DNA of 64,000 nucleotides from a virus, in IMG/VR virus record IMGVR_UViG_3300027798_000016, positions 32,001 through 96,000 of that record. One strand, 5' to 3'. Below are positions 17,546-29,300 of the stretch, piece after piece. The stretch's first letter is position 1. Every line of letters starts with the position of its first letter. The translations under genes were made by a program, and so were the position numbers. Under the pieces are notes generated by a model that was given only the letters and a program-made list of their open reading frames with translations, made no database searches and was not told the origin of the DNA.

Positions 17546-19690
17546 ATGAAAGCAACTAACCAAGGAGGCCAAGCACAACATCATTCAGCAGGTGGTGGTG
17601 GTGGCGCAAAAAACTTTGGCATCTACATCGGCAAGGTAAAAGATGCATCAGACAAAGAAGGCCTAGGAAGATTGCGTGTATGGATTTCTCAACTGAGCAG
17701 TACCGCAGAAAGCAATGAAAAAGGTTGGTTCACAGTAAGATATTGTCCTCCATTTGCCGGCGGCAGTAATACTCCAACAGAATCAAAATCAACCAGCGCA
17801 ACAGAATTTGCTCAGACCAGTCAGAGCTATGGAATGTGGATGGTACCACCGCATCCAGATGTACAAGTAATTTGCGGATTTATCAACGGAGAGTTGCATC
17901 AAGGCATATGGTGGGCTTGCTTGCCATTTGATTCACATACTCATGCATTGCCTGGCATTGCATCTGGCCTAACACATAAAAATGAAATCAAACCCCTGGC
18001 TGAGAGAAACAGATATAACAAAGCTGATCCAAACGAAGAACGACGACCCAAGCATCCAAAGTCTGCACAAATTAATGTGCAAGGACTGGGCAACGATCTA
18101 AGAAGAGGCCACAACAATGCAAGTCCTTTTAGAGCCAAGGGCAAACATCCAGGATATGCCTACGGCTTTTTAACGCCTGGACAAAATAATCTATTGTTGG
18201 ACGATGGTGCAGATGGCAACGGTGGCAAGATACAATTTAGAACCCGCAAAGGAAATCAAATTCTATTGGATGCTGAAGAAGGATTTATTTACTTCAGTAA
18301 TGCGTCAGGAACTGCCTGGGTAGAAATCGAAGACACTGGCAATATTGACATGTACTGTTCTAAAAATTTCAGTGTTCACGCAGGAGAAAATATTAATTTT
18401 CATGCCAACCTGGACATCAACATCAATGCCGGCGCAGGGCTAAACCTAAGCGCCACCAAAAATGCAGTGGTAGAAGCATGTGAAGAATTTAACATAACTG
18501 GAACCACCAATGTAAAAATTACATCAGCGGCCAATGTGCATATACTTGCTGACAGTCAAATGAGATTGAGTGCAAACCGCATTGACTTGAATGGACCTGT
18601 TGCAGACAGAGCAACATTGCCAAGTCAGAACAGTTTAATTACCAACAGTGAAGTTGGTAAAAGCGTTTCTGTTCGAGTACCTGAAGCAGAACCATATGGC
18701 GGCCATTCACACAAGGGTGGCGAACAACCAACTGCTGGAGATGTGCCGTCACCAGCAATTGTTCCAACACCAGAAAGTTATAAAGATATTCCACCAGCTA
18801 CAAAATCAGATGCCATTGATTGTGTGCCAGACATAACAGAATATAGAATCAGCGAAGAAGCATTTAATGCAAATCTTTCCAGAGAAGCCTATAGAGGCAT
18901 GCAATACTCAGACTATCTTGGTTATAGTGTTGGCTACGGAACACGAGTAGACATTTGGGGTCCAGGAAATCCTGCCAGCAAATTAGATCCAAACATCAAG
19001 CAAGCTCTTAAAGATGGCCCAAGCGAAGCAGAAGCCAGAACAGCGGCACGGCAGATCATGGACAGACACATTAGTCCACCATTGGGAGCTCGACTTAAAA
19101 AAGCCATCGCTGGCGCCGGCAAACCAGTGTGTGTCACACAATCACAAGTGGATGCACTACATATGGCGGCATTTGGAAATCCATCAGCGGCATACGAAAT
19201 GGCAGACCAACTGGTTGCATCAGGAGCGGCAGCTTCAGATGGCAAGCCAACCAGAGAAGATATTGCTAAAATTTGGGCCAATGGTAAATTTAGCAATTCT
19301 GCTGAAGTCAAAAGCAAAGAAGCACAATTTGCAATGACTGGCGAGATAGAAGTAAAGAAAACTCAGCAAGATTTACTAAGCGAGGGTGTGAAATCAGACG
19401 AAGCCGCTGTAAGAAATAACAAAGCCAGAAACCCAGACGGAAAATGGGACAGTGAAGATGGTGGTGGACCAGCAGGCGGCAAACGACTGCAACCAGATTT
19501 AACAAAGCCAACTGCCCAACAACAAGCTCAATATGAAAGAAGCAACTATCTCAACACTGGAAATGTACCTCCGGGCAGTAGATTAACCAAAGAACAACTG
19601 CAAGACAAGTACGGATCTCCACACACTGGCGGCAATGCTGTGGCAGGAACGCCAACACAACCAGAAGCTAAAAAAACAGCCACCGGTTGA
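17546..19690 (+). CDS. Baseplate spike (gp5/VgrG-like) with C-terminal lysozyme-like domain
   Basis: N-terminal OB-fold (GKVKD..D.EGLGRLRVWI, SYGMWMVPP), beta-helix repeats ending ANRIDLNG, then REAYRGMQYSDYLGYSVGYG and TQSQVDAL resembling GH24 lysozymes. Confidence 0.8.
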   Translation: MKATNQGGQAQHHSAGGGGGAKNFGIYIGKVKDASDKEGLGRLRVWISQLSSTAESNEKGWFTVRYCPPFAGGSNTPTESKSTSATEFAQTSQSYGMWMVPPHPDVQVICGFINGELHQGIWWACLPFDSHTHALPGIASGLTHKNEIKPLAERNRYNKADPNEERRPKHPKSAQINVQGLGNDLRRGHNNASPFRAKGKHPGYAYGFLTPGQNNLLLDDGADGNGGKIQFRTRKGNQILLDAEEGFIYFSNASGTAWVEIEDTGNIDMYCSKNFSVHAGENINFHANLDININAGAGLNLSATKNAVVEACEEFNITGTTNVKITSAANVHILADSQMRLSANRIDLNGPVADRATLPSQNSLITNSEVGKSVSVRVPEAEPYGGHSHKGGEQPTAGDVPSPAIVPTPESYKDIPPATKSDAIDCVPDITEYRISEEAFNANLSREAYRGMQYSDYLGYSVGYGTRVDIWGPGNPASKLDPNIKQALKDGPSEAEARTAARQIMDRHISPPLGARLKKAIAGAGKPVCVTQSQVDALHMAAFGNPSAAYEMADQLVASGAAASDGKPTREDIAKIWANGKFSNSAEVKSKEAQFAMTGEIEVKKTQQDLLSEGVKSDEAAVRNNKARNPDGKWDSEDGGGPAGGKRLQPDLTKPTAQQQAQYERSNYLNTGNVPPGSRLTKEQLQDKYGSPHTGGNAVAGTPTQPEAKKTATG

Positions 19691-19726
19691 TAAAACCCAG
19701 TATAATACATATTGGTAAATAGGCTT

Positions 19727-20107
19727 ATGCCAACATTTACATCAAGATTTCGCGGGTACAGCACAGTAGGAACTACTTTTTTAAAGCCAGTTCGTTACGA
19801 CATGGACTTGGCCAAACAAGACTTATTAAACCATTTTAACACCCGCAAAGGCGAGCGTGTTATGATGCCAACCTTTGGAAGTATTGTATGGGAAATGTTG
19901 TTTGAGCCCTTGGATGATGCAACAATTGCTCTCATCGAGGCTGATGTCAGATCTATTATTAGCAATGACCCTCGTTGGGCGTTGGAGAGCGTGACAGTCA
20001 GTGATGGACCAAATGCTTTAACCTTAGAGGTTATAGTAACCTATCGTCCGTCTGATGAAACAGTTACATTGCCCTTAACATACGATAAAGGAACGGAAAC
20101 AAAATGA
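19727..20107 (+). CDS. Baseplate wedge protein (T4 gp25-like)
   Basis: DLLNHFNTRKGERVMMPTFGS..WEMLFEP and DPR; start set to the ATG 5 nt after TAAATA. Confidence 0.92.
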   Translation: MPTFTSRFRGYSTVGTTFLKPVRYDMDLAKQDLLNHFNTRKGERVMMPTFGSIVWEMLFEPLDDATIALIEADVRSIISNDPRWALESVTVSDGPNALTLEVIVTYRPSDETVTLPLTYDKGTETK

Positions 20108-23100
20108 GCCAGACTCGACGCCTTGGACAACTAAATGCCGCAGAGAGTTGGCTGAACAACTATAGGTATTTGGTCAATGCAGATTTTAAAGCCTACGACT
20201 TTGAAAGTCTTCGCGCCGCATTGTTAAATCACATACAAACAAACTACCCAGAAGACTTCACTGACTTTATTAACTCCAGCGAGTATGTTGCACTGATTGA
20301 CTTGATGTCATATATTGGACAAAATTTAGCTTTCAGAAGTGATTTAAATTTAAGAGAAACTTTTTTAGAGACTGCTGAAAATCGCGGCAATATTTTAAGC
20401 ATTGCCAGACAGTTGGGATACAAGCCGTTTCGTAATTTTAACGCCGGCGGCTTTCTTCGCATCTCTGCAATAAAAACAAGTCAAGATTTATATGACAGCA
20501 AAGGTGCAAACCTTGCAAATACAACTGTGGTGTGGGCTGATCCGTTGAATCCTGACTTTAACGAACAGACCAGTATCATCCTCAATGAGGCATTTAATAA
20601 AGCTACTCCAATTGGTCGTCCAGTTAGTTCGGCAATTACCAATGGCATTTCTAGAGAGCTGTATCAAATTTCACAATCGCAAAATAGAACAATGGTAGAG
20701 GCATTCAATCTCAACGGTCGCAATAGTACAAATTACAACTGCGAAATTGTACCAATGGTCATTGATGCAACCACACAGTTGGCCCTAGAATCGACTCCTA
20801 ATCCTTATGGTTACATGACAATGTTGTTTAACAATGACGGAACTGGTTATGCAAATTCAACCAATGGTTGGTTCCTGTTATTCAAACAAGGCACACTCTC
20901 ATATGAAGATCATGTATTAGAAACCAGTATTCAAAACCGCGTGATTGATGTTGACGCCACCGGCATCAATGAAAGCGATGTATGGGTACAAAGTGTTGAC
21001 GGCTCTGGTCGAATCATTGACAGCTGGACTAAAGTTCCAAGTACCGTTGGTAAAAATATTGCATTCAATGCAATCAATAAAGACACTAGAAAGATCTACG
21101 AAGTAATCACAAAAGAAAACGACACAATCAGTATCAAATTTGGTGATGGCACATTTGCAGATATTCCCACAGGAAATATTAGAATTTGGTATAGGCAAAG
21201 TGCAATGGAACAAATTTCGTTTGTGCCATCTGATGTACTTGGCATGCAAGCCGCGCTGAGATATGTTGACAGTGAAGGAAAAGAACAAGACTTAGTTTGC
21301 ACATTGCAATTGTCAGAACCAATAAACAATTCACTGAGCGAAACAATAACACAGATTAAAAATCGTGCGGCCAGAACAGCGGCCAGTCAAGATCGCATGA
21401 TCACAGCCAGCGACTACAACATATATCCAGAAGGCCAGATTGGCGGTGTCGACAAGATCTTGTCAATCAGCAGAACCTTTGCTGGTCAAAGCATTTATGC
21501 TGACACACAAGATCCAACAGCAACTTATCGTCCAGTGATCACATTGGCCAGCGACGGTTTCATTTACTCATCTGAAAATACAGTTGAAACAACATTACAA
21601 GATAGTTCCACAACCGATGAAGTTTTAAGTTGGGTACAAGAATCATTGTTGAGCCGAAGCACACATCAGTTATACTATAAAAAGTATCTGTATGATGATG
21701 CCAGTGGTCTTTTACGAATTGGCAGCGACTCTTCATTGGTCTGGCACAAAGTTGACTATGCCAATGGAATAACACACGGATACTTTTATGATGTGGCAGA
21801 CGCAGATAAGAAACCAGTGCGAGTAGGAAAAGGAACTGCAATACTAGAGAATCGAACACTAAAGAAAAATTCTCTAATCAAATTCTCATCTGACAAATGG
21901 GCAAAAATATTAGACATCTACAGAGAAGGTTTTGGGGTAGGTGACAATGACGGAAACAATACAGGACTCCGTGCCAATGGGCAAGGCGCTGTATTTGTCA
22001 ATGGCACCATAGCCGACGGACAGTTGTTTGGATGGATTCCAAGCATGCGAACATTGTTTAACATCAACGAACTGTCTGAAATAGAAGAAAAAATCAAGGC
22101 CAAACAAAACTTTGGTTTGTATTACGATAACATTAAAGATCGATGGTTTGTTGTGTCAGCTGACTTGATCAATGATATCACAGGGCAAGGTCTTGATCTA
22201 ACAACAGCAGGCACAGCAACCTTCAGAGGCAACAGTAGCTGGATGATTCGATTGGTACATAATCCTCTGACAAAAGTTTGGGCCAGTGTATTAAGAAGAG
22301 ATCAAACAGCGTTTGGCAGTGACAGTGAATTGTCCTTTCATAATCAACGGTTTGGCAGTGCATTAGATCAAACAACTCGTCGTGTTATTAAAGATTCTGT
22401 TAAGTTTTTAAATGTCAATGTTGGTTTAATCAATGAGCTAGAATTAGATGTGGTTGACTACTTTAGACTAGATGATGGTCGTTACGATCCAAAAAGAGTG
22501 CAGGTATTGTTGCCAGGACTACTAGATACATTGGTTCCAGATGATCCAACAATCATTGATTCAATTATCAACACAGGTACAAACAACACCAGTGATCACA
22601 TTGTGAATTTAGTAAAACAAGAATTTACTGATGCCAGAGGACAGTACACACTGAAACCAACAGCTTCTGTCACAGTACCAGGCGACCTAAATGGAGTCAG
22701 TGGTAGACAAGATTTAAAAGTTCAGTACAATCATGTTCCTCTAAGAGACAACAGAGTTGATCCAACAACTACCAACATCATTGATATGTTTGTGTTGACA
22801 ACTGATTTTAATCAAGCATTTAGATTTTGGGTAAACAACGGAGCCGCATCAGGTCTTCGTCCAATGCCATTGTCCAGCTACAGCTTGGAACAATTGATGC
22901 AACCTATTATTCCTTACAAAAGCATCAGCGACAGCATTGTTTTCCATCCAGTTGACTACAAAGTAATTTTTGGAGTTGGATCTGATGCTCGATATCAAGT
23001 GACAATTCGTGTCACCAAGAGTGACGGCACAAAAGTCAGCGATGCTGAAATTAGGAGTAGAGTCGTTGCAAGTGTCAATGCCTACTTTAACTTTAGTAAT

Positions 23101-23325
23101 TGGGATTTTGGCGAAACTTTTTATTTTACTGACATGGCTTCGTGGGTACACAAGCAGTTGGGCGGCGTAATCAGCAGTATTGTTCTAGTGCCGTTGCAAA
23201 GTAATCTAACACCAAATGATCTATTTCAAATTAAATGTGAGCAGAATGAAATTTTCATTAGTAGCGCAACTGTGAACAATGTAGAAATTATTTCTAGTCA
23301 AGTTTCACCAACCGGAATCATGTAA
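20104..23325 (+). CDS. Baseplate wedge protein (T4 gp6-like)
   Basis: DFESLR, FTDF..SS, LETA, IARQLGYKP, IKFGDGTFADIP and QDRMITASDY. Confidence 0.88.
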   Translation: MSQTRRLGQLNAAESWLNNYRYLVNADFKAYDFESLRAALLNHIQTNYPEDFTDFINSSEYVALIDLMSYIGQNLAFRSDLNLRETFLETAENRGNILSIARQLGYKPFRNFNAGGFLRISAIKTSQDLYDSKGANLANTTVVWADPLNPDFNEQTSIILNEAFNKATPIGRPVSSAITNGISRELYQISQSQNRTMVEAFNLNGRNSTNYNCEIVPMVIDATTQLALESTPNPYGYMTMLFNNDGTGYANSTNGWFLLFKQGTLSYEDHVLETSIQNRVIDVDATGINESDVWVQSVDGSGRIIDSWTKVPSTVGKNIAFNAINKDTRKIYEVITKENDTISIKFGDGTFADIPTGNIRIWYRQSAMEQISFVPSDVLGMQAALRYVDSEGKEQDLVCTLQLSEPINNSLSETITQIKNRAARTAASQDRMITASDYNIYPEGQIGGVDKILSISRTFAGQSIYADTQDPTATYRPVITLASDGFIYSSENTVETTLQDSSTTDEVLSWVQESLLSRSTHQLYYKKYLYDDASGLLRIGSDSSLVWHKVDYANGITHGYFYDVADADKKPVRVGKGTAILENRTLKKNSLIKFSSDKWAKILDIYREGFGVGDNDGNNTGLRANGQGAVFVNGTIADGQLFGWIPSMRTLFNINELSEIEEKIKAKQNFGLYYDNIKDRWFVVSADLINDITGQGLDLTTAGTATFRGNSSWMIRLVHNPLTKVWASVLRRDQTAFGSDSELSFHNQRFGSALDQTTRRVIKDSVKFLNVNVGLINELELDVVDYFRLDDGRYDPKRVQVLLPGLLDTLVPDDPTIIDSIINTGTNNTSDHIVNLVKQEFTDARGQYTLKPTASVTVPGDLNGVSGRQDLKVQYNHVPLRDNRVDPTTTNIIDMFVLTTDFNQAFRFWVNNGAASGLRPMPLSSYSLEQLMQPIIPYKSISDSIVFHPVDYKVIFGVGSDARYQVTIRVTKSDGTKVSDAEIRSRVVASVNAYFNFSNWDFGETFYFTDMASWVHKQLGGVISSIVLVPLQSNLTPNDLFQIKCEQNEIFISSATVNNVEIISSQVSPTGIM

Positions 23326-23327
23326 AA

Positions 23328-26300
23328 ATGGCGCAAGACCCAACAAAAATTAATCCAGTTAGCACATCTGTTAAAACCTATCCAGGCGAACGCTTGGATG
23401 AGTTGGCATTGCCAACGGTACCAGAATTACTTCCAAGTATATTCAGGACAGATACCAATAAAAAATTAATTGCGGCAGTAATGGAAGACATGTTCCAGCC
23501 GCATGCCATGGAAGATTTGAATTACTCCGTTGGCAGGCGCACAACAAAGTCGTTGGTCAATGACTACTTGCCGCATCCAACAGCAAAAAGACAACTGGAG
23601 CCAGGACTTTTAGTTTACCGTGCGGATAACTCTCCAGCAACATTGAGCGCAGATGAAGTGGCGCATGGCTGGGGATTAAACGACAGGACCAAAGAAACAA
23701 CAGTTCCAGTTAGTATCTTAGATTTACCAATTGATCCGGACAAATTTATCAATTGGCCAGACTATTATTGGATACAGGAAGGAATGCCTGTGATCTTCAT
23801 CACTGGAACCGAAACAGAAACTTTTGACATTCAAAATGACATTCTAGGAAAGCCAGCGTACACCACAGTTTTACAACGAAGCGGCAAACGCCTTGAACTG
23901 AAAAATGGAATGCGGGTTGTATTCAACAATGTTCCGTCAGCCGAAGCTACCTTTAATAAACCAGCAAGAATTGGTACTGTACCAATACTATCTAATTTTG
24001 TAATCGACACAGTAACAAATGGAAAATCAAGTCTTGACATAGAATGTGACTTTGTTGCCTATGACCGAAGTAAAATTATTGTCACAGTTGATGGCATTGT
24101 AAAAACTTTTAAAGTTGATTATGATGTAATTGCAAATACCATACATTGGAATGGAACTGTTCCAAGCGTAGACTTACCAGTGAATTTAAACTGCGTTGAG
24201 TATTTTTTAACAACTGATGAAGATTCAAACAAGGCCAGTCGACGATGGCAAATTGCCGGAGTAGGAACAGCCGGCGGCATTCGCTTGTTGTCTAGAACAC
24301 ACCAATACACCAACACAAGGTACAGTAAGGCAATTCAAACTCTATGGGATAAAACAGCAGTACCATGGGATAGTGTTGAGTGGGACGGCGCAATCAAAGG
24401 TATCAATGAAAAACATTATATCTTAGAAAAAGTTGGAGCACGAACTCGAAATACAAATAGCAGGGTTAATGTATGGTATCATAAAGACACCATACAAACT
24501 ACTGCTGACTATCTCAACATCAATTTCAATGATATTGTTACATCTTCTGGCTCAAACACAAATGCATTACCAGCACAAGCATTAAGACCCATTGTTGAAT
24601 TTGATGACACATTGGAATTGTTCAACCATGGAATCTTTTTTAGAGCATGGCCAAATTTAGTCACATCAATAGATGGTGTTGCTGTATCCGATTTCATCAA
24701 TTTGCCAATTGTAGATCTAGATTTAGAAATTCTAAATTCAAAATACATAAGCACAACTCGAAAGTTACAAATAGAACCCGATATAATTGTTCGGGCACTG
24801 TCACAGGGCAATAACATACAAACTGCTCTCAACCGGTCTAGTTTTACAATACAAGAGTTTGATGAATTATTAAACACAGTGAGTCAGAAAATTCTTTATG
24901 AAGTTGCCAATGGAAAAATTATTTGGTTGAAGAACCAACCAGAACATTGGAGCATTACATACCGCATCTCCGGAGTACCAGTTGATAAATTAAGAATTTT
25001 ATGGTTAGTCAACGACATCTATAAAAACAAAATTATAAATGTTTTATCAAACGAAACTGTTACAAATGGATTCGTGCCTGAAACAGCCAGGAATAGAGAT
25101 GCAGTATTAATTGATACTCCTTACAGCACAGACGCAAATTACCTGTTGGAGTATCATTGGGTCAACGGTCAAGCAATTCTGGCACAAACCAGACTTTCTC
25201 GTACACAGCAACCATTGTTTGAATTGTATGATTCAACAAATGTCAAACTGAGTAACAATCCAAATAATCCAGATATTAAAAGTTCTGCAATTATTGAAAT
25301 TGTCAATGGTGACAAATACGATGCAGAATCTGGATATAACTTAAAATTTTTACCTTCACAATTCAGTGAGTTGACAGCTGACAATACTGCATCAGATGCA
25401 ATGTATGATATCGTATATAATCATACATTACAAAATTTTGCATACTACAATCAAGGCACTGCCTCTAAAACAGTCAGCGGTCCATATCAATTCAGACGGG
25501 TGACTGATAACACTCCGTTGATCAATCAACTCAGCATTGGTTACAGCAGAGCATGGTTCCGTTTAAAGAGTTGGGCAATTAGAACAGTTGCCGACTTTGA
25601 TAATTCAACAGTTGAATTGGACGCCACAATGTGGCCCAAGTATGACTGGGGCATTAAAGTAATAAACAATACTTTACGAGCAGTTTACCTAGACAACTTT
25701 AGTATTGTTGCCAAAAACTTGCCAAGGATTGCCGCTGGTGAATCTGCCAACTTTACAGTTTTCGTAGATGGTAATCCAAGCGTGGCAACAATCAGCGGCG
25801 TTGATATGACCAGCTTTGATGTTGATATTGTTAATAATTATTTTACATTTGTAGTTCCAGCTGATGCACCATCAAAGTTAACCATCACCATTGACGGAAA
25901 ATCAATACAAGCAAAAGTCATTGATGTAAAACAAGATCCAAGAAATGTAAAAGTAAAATTAAACGGCTTGCCTGTAGACTACAGCTTCACAGTGGTACGA
26001 GATTCATCATGGGCCATTACATCGGTGCAACTACAGGCCGACGGCCAAGGCACCCTTGAAATTCAACATCAAGGCGACCATGCTGACAATGACCATATCA
26101 CTGCAATTCCAGGGCTGGTATTCAATCCTGAACAAAACATCAACTTAGGAGAATTTACTCCAAGTCGTTTGGTGCATAATATGACATCAAGCATTAATGC
26201 CAACAAACGATCAGACAGTCAAAGTTGGAATTCAGTAGACTATGTGTTTGACGCTGATGGTGCAATAATGGCAGATAACAGTAGCATGCGAAGTGCATGG

Positions 26301-29300
26301 ACCAGCTTCCGTCTGTCGCCTACAATACAAGACAGCGTGATTGCAAGATCACTCAGTGGCTGGCGCTGGTGGAGGAAATTTATTTCCAAATTGGAATCTA
26401 ATTTTAATTTGTTAGACTTTAATTTAAGCACTCCACGAGAAAATCTTGACCGCATCTTAGAAGAATCATTGCTGGGACTTACCTACAGTTCCCCAGATGC
26501 AATTTCTGGCATGGCTGTTTCAACCAATGGTATGAATAAAGCCAGCTATGTTGTTAATAATGGCACATTGACATTTAATGTCAACACTGGTGGCAACGGA
26601 GTCGTATACTTGGACTTTTTTGGTCCGGATATTGTGTATGTTTACGCCAACGGCGAACTGGTATCCAAGAATGATTATGCAGTAGATGCCTACGCCGCTT
26701 TGGTCACATTTAAAACTGCACCAGCAGATGGAACTCAAATTGAAATTTATCATTCAAGTCAGTCTGGTGTATACAGTGGAATTCCAGCCAGTCCAGCCAA
26801 GCTTGGGCTAAGTGGAGTATACCAGCCTGGATTTGTCACAGAAACATGGGGTCAAAATACACGCAAGTATATTCAGCGACATGACGGCAGTAGAATTGCC
26901 ATGTACGGCACAGATGAAGATGACCTTCGTAATTTAGTAATCTTAGAGTTAGAAACTAGAACATACAACAACTGCATCCATTTGGTGGGCGCAGTAAATC
27001 AACAGCGACAATACAGGGCGTATCGTAGCTTGCCAATATTAGAAGCACAGGCCAAAGCACAAATTGAATGGTACACCACAAACAACATTGACTATCAGGA
27101 GCGATCAGATTTTGATGCAGAAGATGCATGGACATGGAACTACAATGGTCTAAGCTGGAGAGCAATCTATATAAATGCATTTGACACTTATCAATTGGAT
27201 ACGGCTCCGTGGGAATCACTGGGTTACGATTCTGCGCCCACTTGGTGGAACAATTACTACTCTTGGACAGATGCAACAAAACGAAGTGCATTGGAAAATG
27301 CCCTAAGATTTGGCATTGTGACCGAGCCAGGAAAGCCAGTGACTGTGGCCGTCAGCTATCGTAGAAATTTTGACACATTTCCTGTGGATCAAGCTGGCAA
27401 TCTAATAGATCCAGTGGCGTGGAATACACCTGCACCCAGCTCTGATGTTGCCCAGCAACCGTGGGAGATTGGATCATGGTCACCTGTAGAAGTGGCCTGG
27501 CGTCGAAGCATTGCTGGCGCATGGGACAATGTTTTACATGCCATAGAAGATTATGACATTGTTCATAACTTCATGGATGAAGCAATCAATCCTTTTGTCA
27601 ATGACACAGATACCAATAGTCCAAAACAAAAAGGAACCAATACATTGCCACCAGGACAGTTCTTTCAAGATCGTCCAACAATTGGTATGGGTTCAGTGTT
27701 ATTTGAAGCTTATAGAGAATTTAATTTAACTGGGCAAGCACCGTTAAACGAACTAATGTCATTGGACAGTCGATTACAATTTGGAGTTGGTGGCTTTAGT
27801 GATGGCGTAATCACACTGAAAATGTATTACGCAAAATTTAAAAATGGATTCTACATTCCTGCCGAAGACTTCTTAATGACGTTGAGCCCCGGAGTCAGCA
27901 CTTCTAAATTAAGATATAGTGCAGTACGAGTTGAAAAAGATGGTGACGGATTTAGAGTGTATGGTTTTGATCCTGGTCACAAATATTTTACAATTTTCAA
28001 ACCATCTGCTCAAAGTTTAACAGAAAGCTATCCAACATCTCGTAGCCAGATAGTGACTCCAAACGGAACTTTTGTCAGCTACTCTGATTGGGATAATATC
28101 TCACATGAGTTGCAGTATGGATCTTATATCAATGATAAACAGGCTCTGTTTACTTTCTTTGAAGGCCTACAAAAATATCAAGAGTCACAGGGACTGATCT
28201 TAGATCAAGTCAACAGTCGTGGCACTATAACAAATTGGCAACAAGCTGGACTTGATGCACTGACATGGATCGCAGAAAACTGGGGAACTGATCACTTTTG
28301 TTTGGTTGGCGTAGCAACAGAAGACGGATTAAAATTTAGTCATGCTCGAGGAACCTTGGACAGGTTAGATGCAGACTTGGGTCGAACTGGTAAGGTATTG
28401 TTTTCAACTGGGCGTTCTGCGCTATCAAATGAATTACAAATCACAAGAGAGTATGAAAAGAATGTAGATAAGATTGTACCAACTGCTGGTCAACAAATTG
28501 TATTTGTCAACTTTTCCACTAGAGATTATGATCATGTTGTGTACATTAATCGTAAAACCAAGTTTGGAGATTTGGTAATTGATCTGCAGACTGGAAATAG
28601 AATTGATGTGCTTGGGTTATCGGCTCGCCGAACAAATGGTTGGACTGGTCGTCCAACTGCTCGCGGTGTTACACTTACACCAGCAGGCCTAATTCCTGGC
28701 TTTGATGCGTTGGTCAGTGATATCGTAGACAGCCACAAGCCAGAGCAAAATGCATTTGACTCAATCAAAACTGACATTGCAAAGTCGGATGTTGTTCCTG
28801 CTAAATCAACAATCATTGATCAGTTGATACAAGATAAAAGCACTCAGCATTTTTACAAGCAAGGCCTACAAACTGCCATGGGTACAAACCTGGCTGTGGA
28901 TGCACTACTAAGAAATTCCAAGATTGATATTCCAGGCAGACAACAAGATATTGAATTGAATGAACAGTGGTTGATTACCACTGGCAACTTTGGCAATTTA
29001 GAAAGCGAAAATATTTGGGAAGTTGAATTAAGACGACAAGATTTTACTGCAAGCAAGCAAGTGGTGCGTTTCCAACCACGCGGCTACGGTGGAATTATCA
29101 GCACAAATAATGGATCTCGCCCCACATACCTATACGACAGTTTAAGTGATAACATCATTGATATCTGGGAGAAGGACAAGCGTTGGGTAACCAAACCACT
29201 TCGTCCATATGAATTTGCCACCATTGATCGCAGTACTCAAACTGGACTGGACGACACTAAGAATTGGTTACCAAATGCTGGTAATCCACAATTGTTCAAT

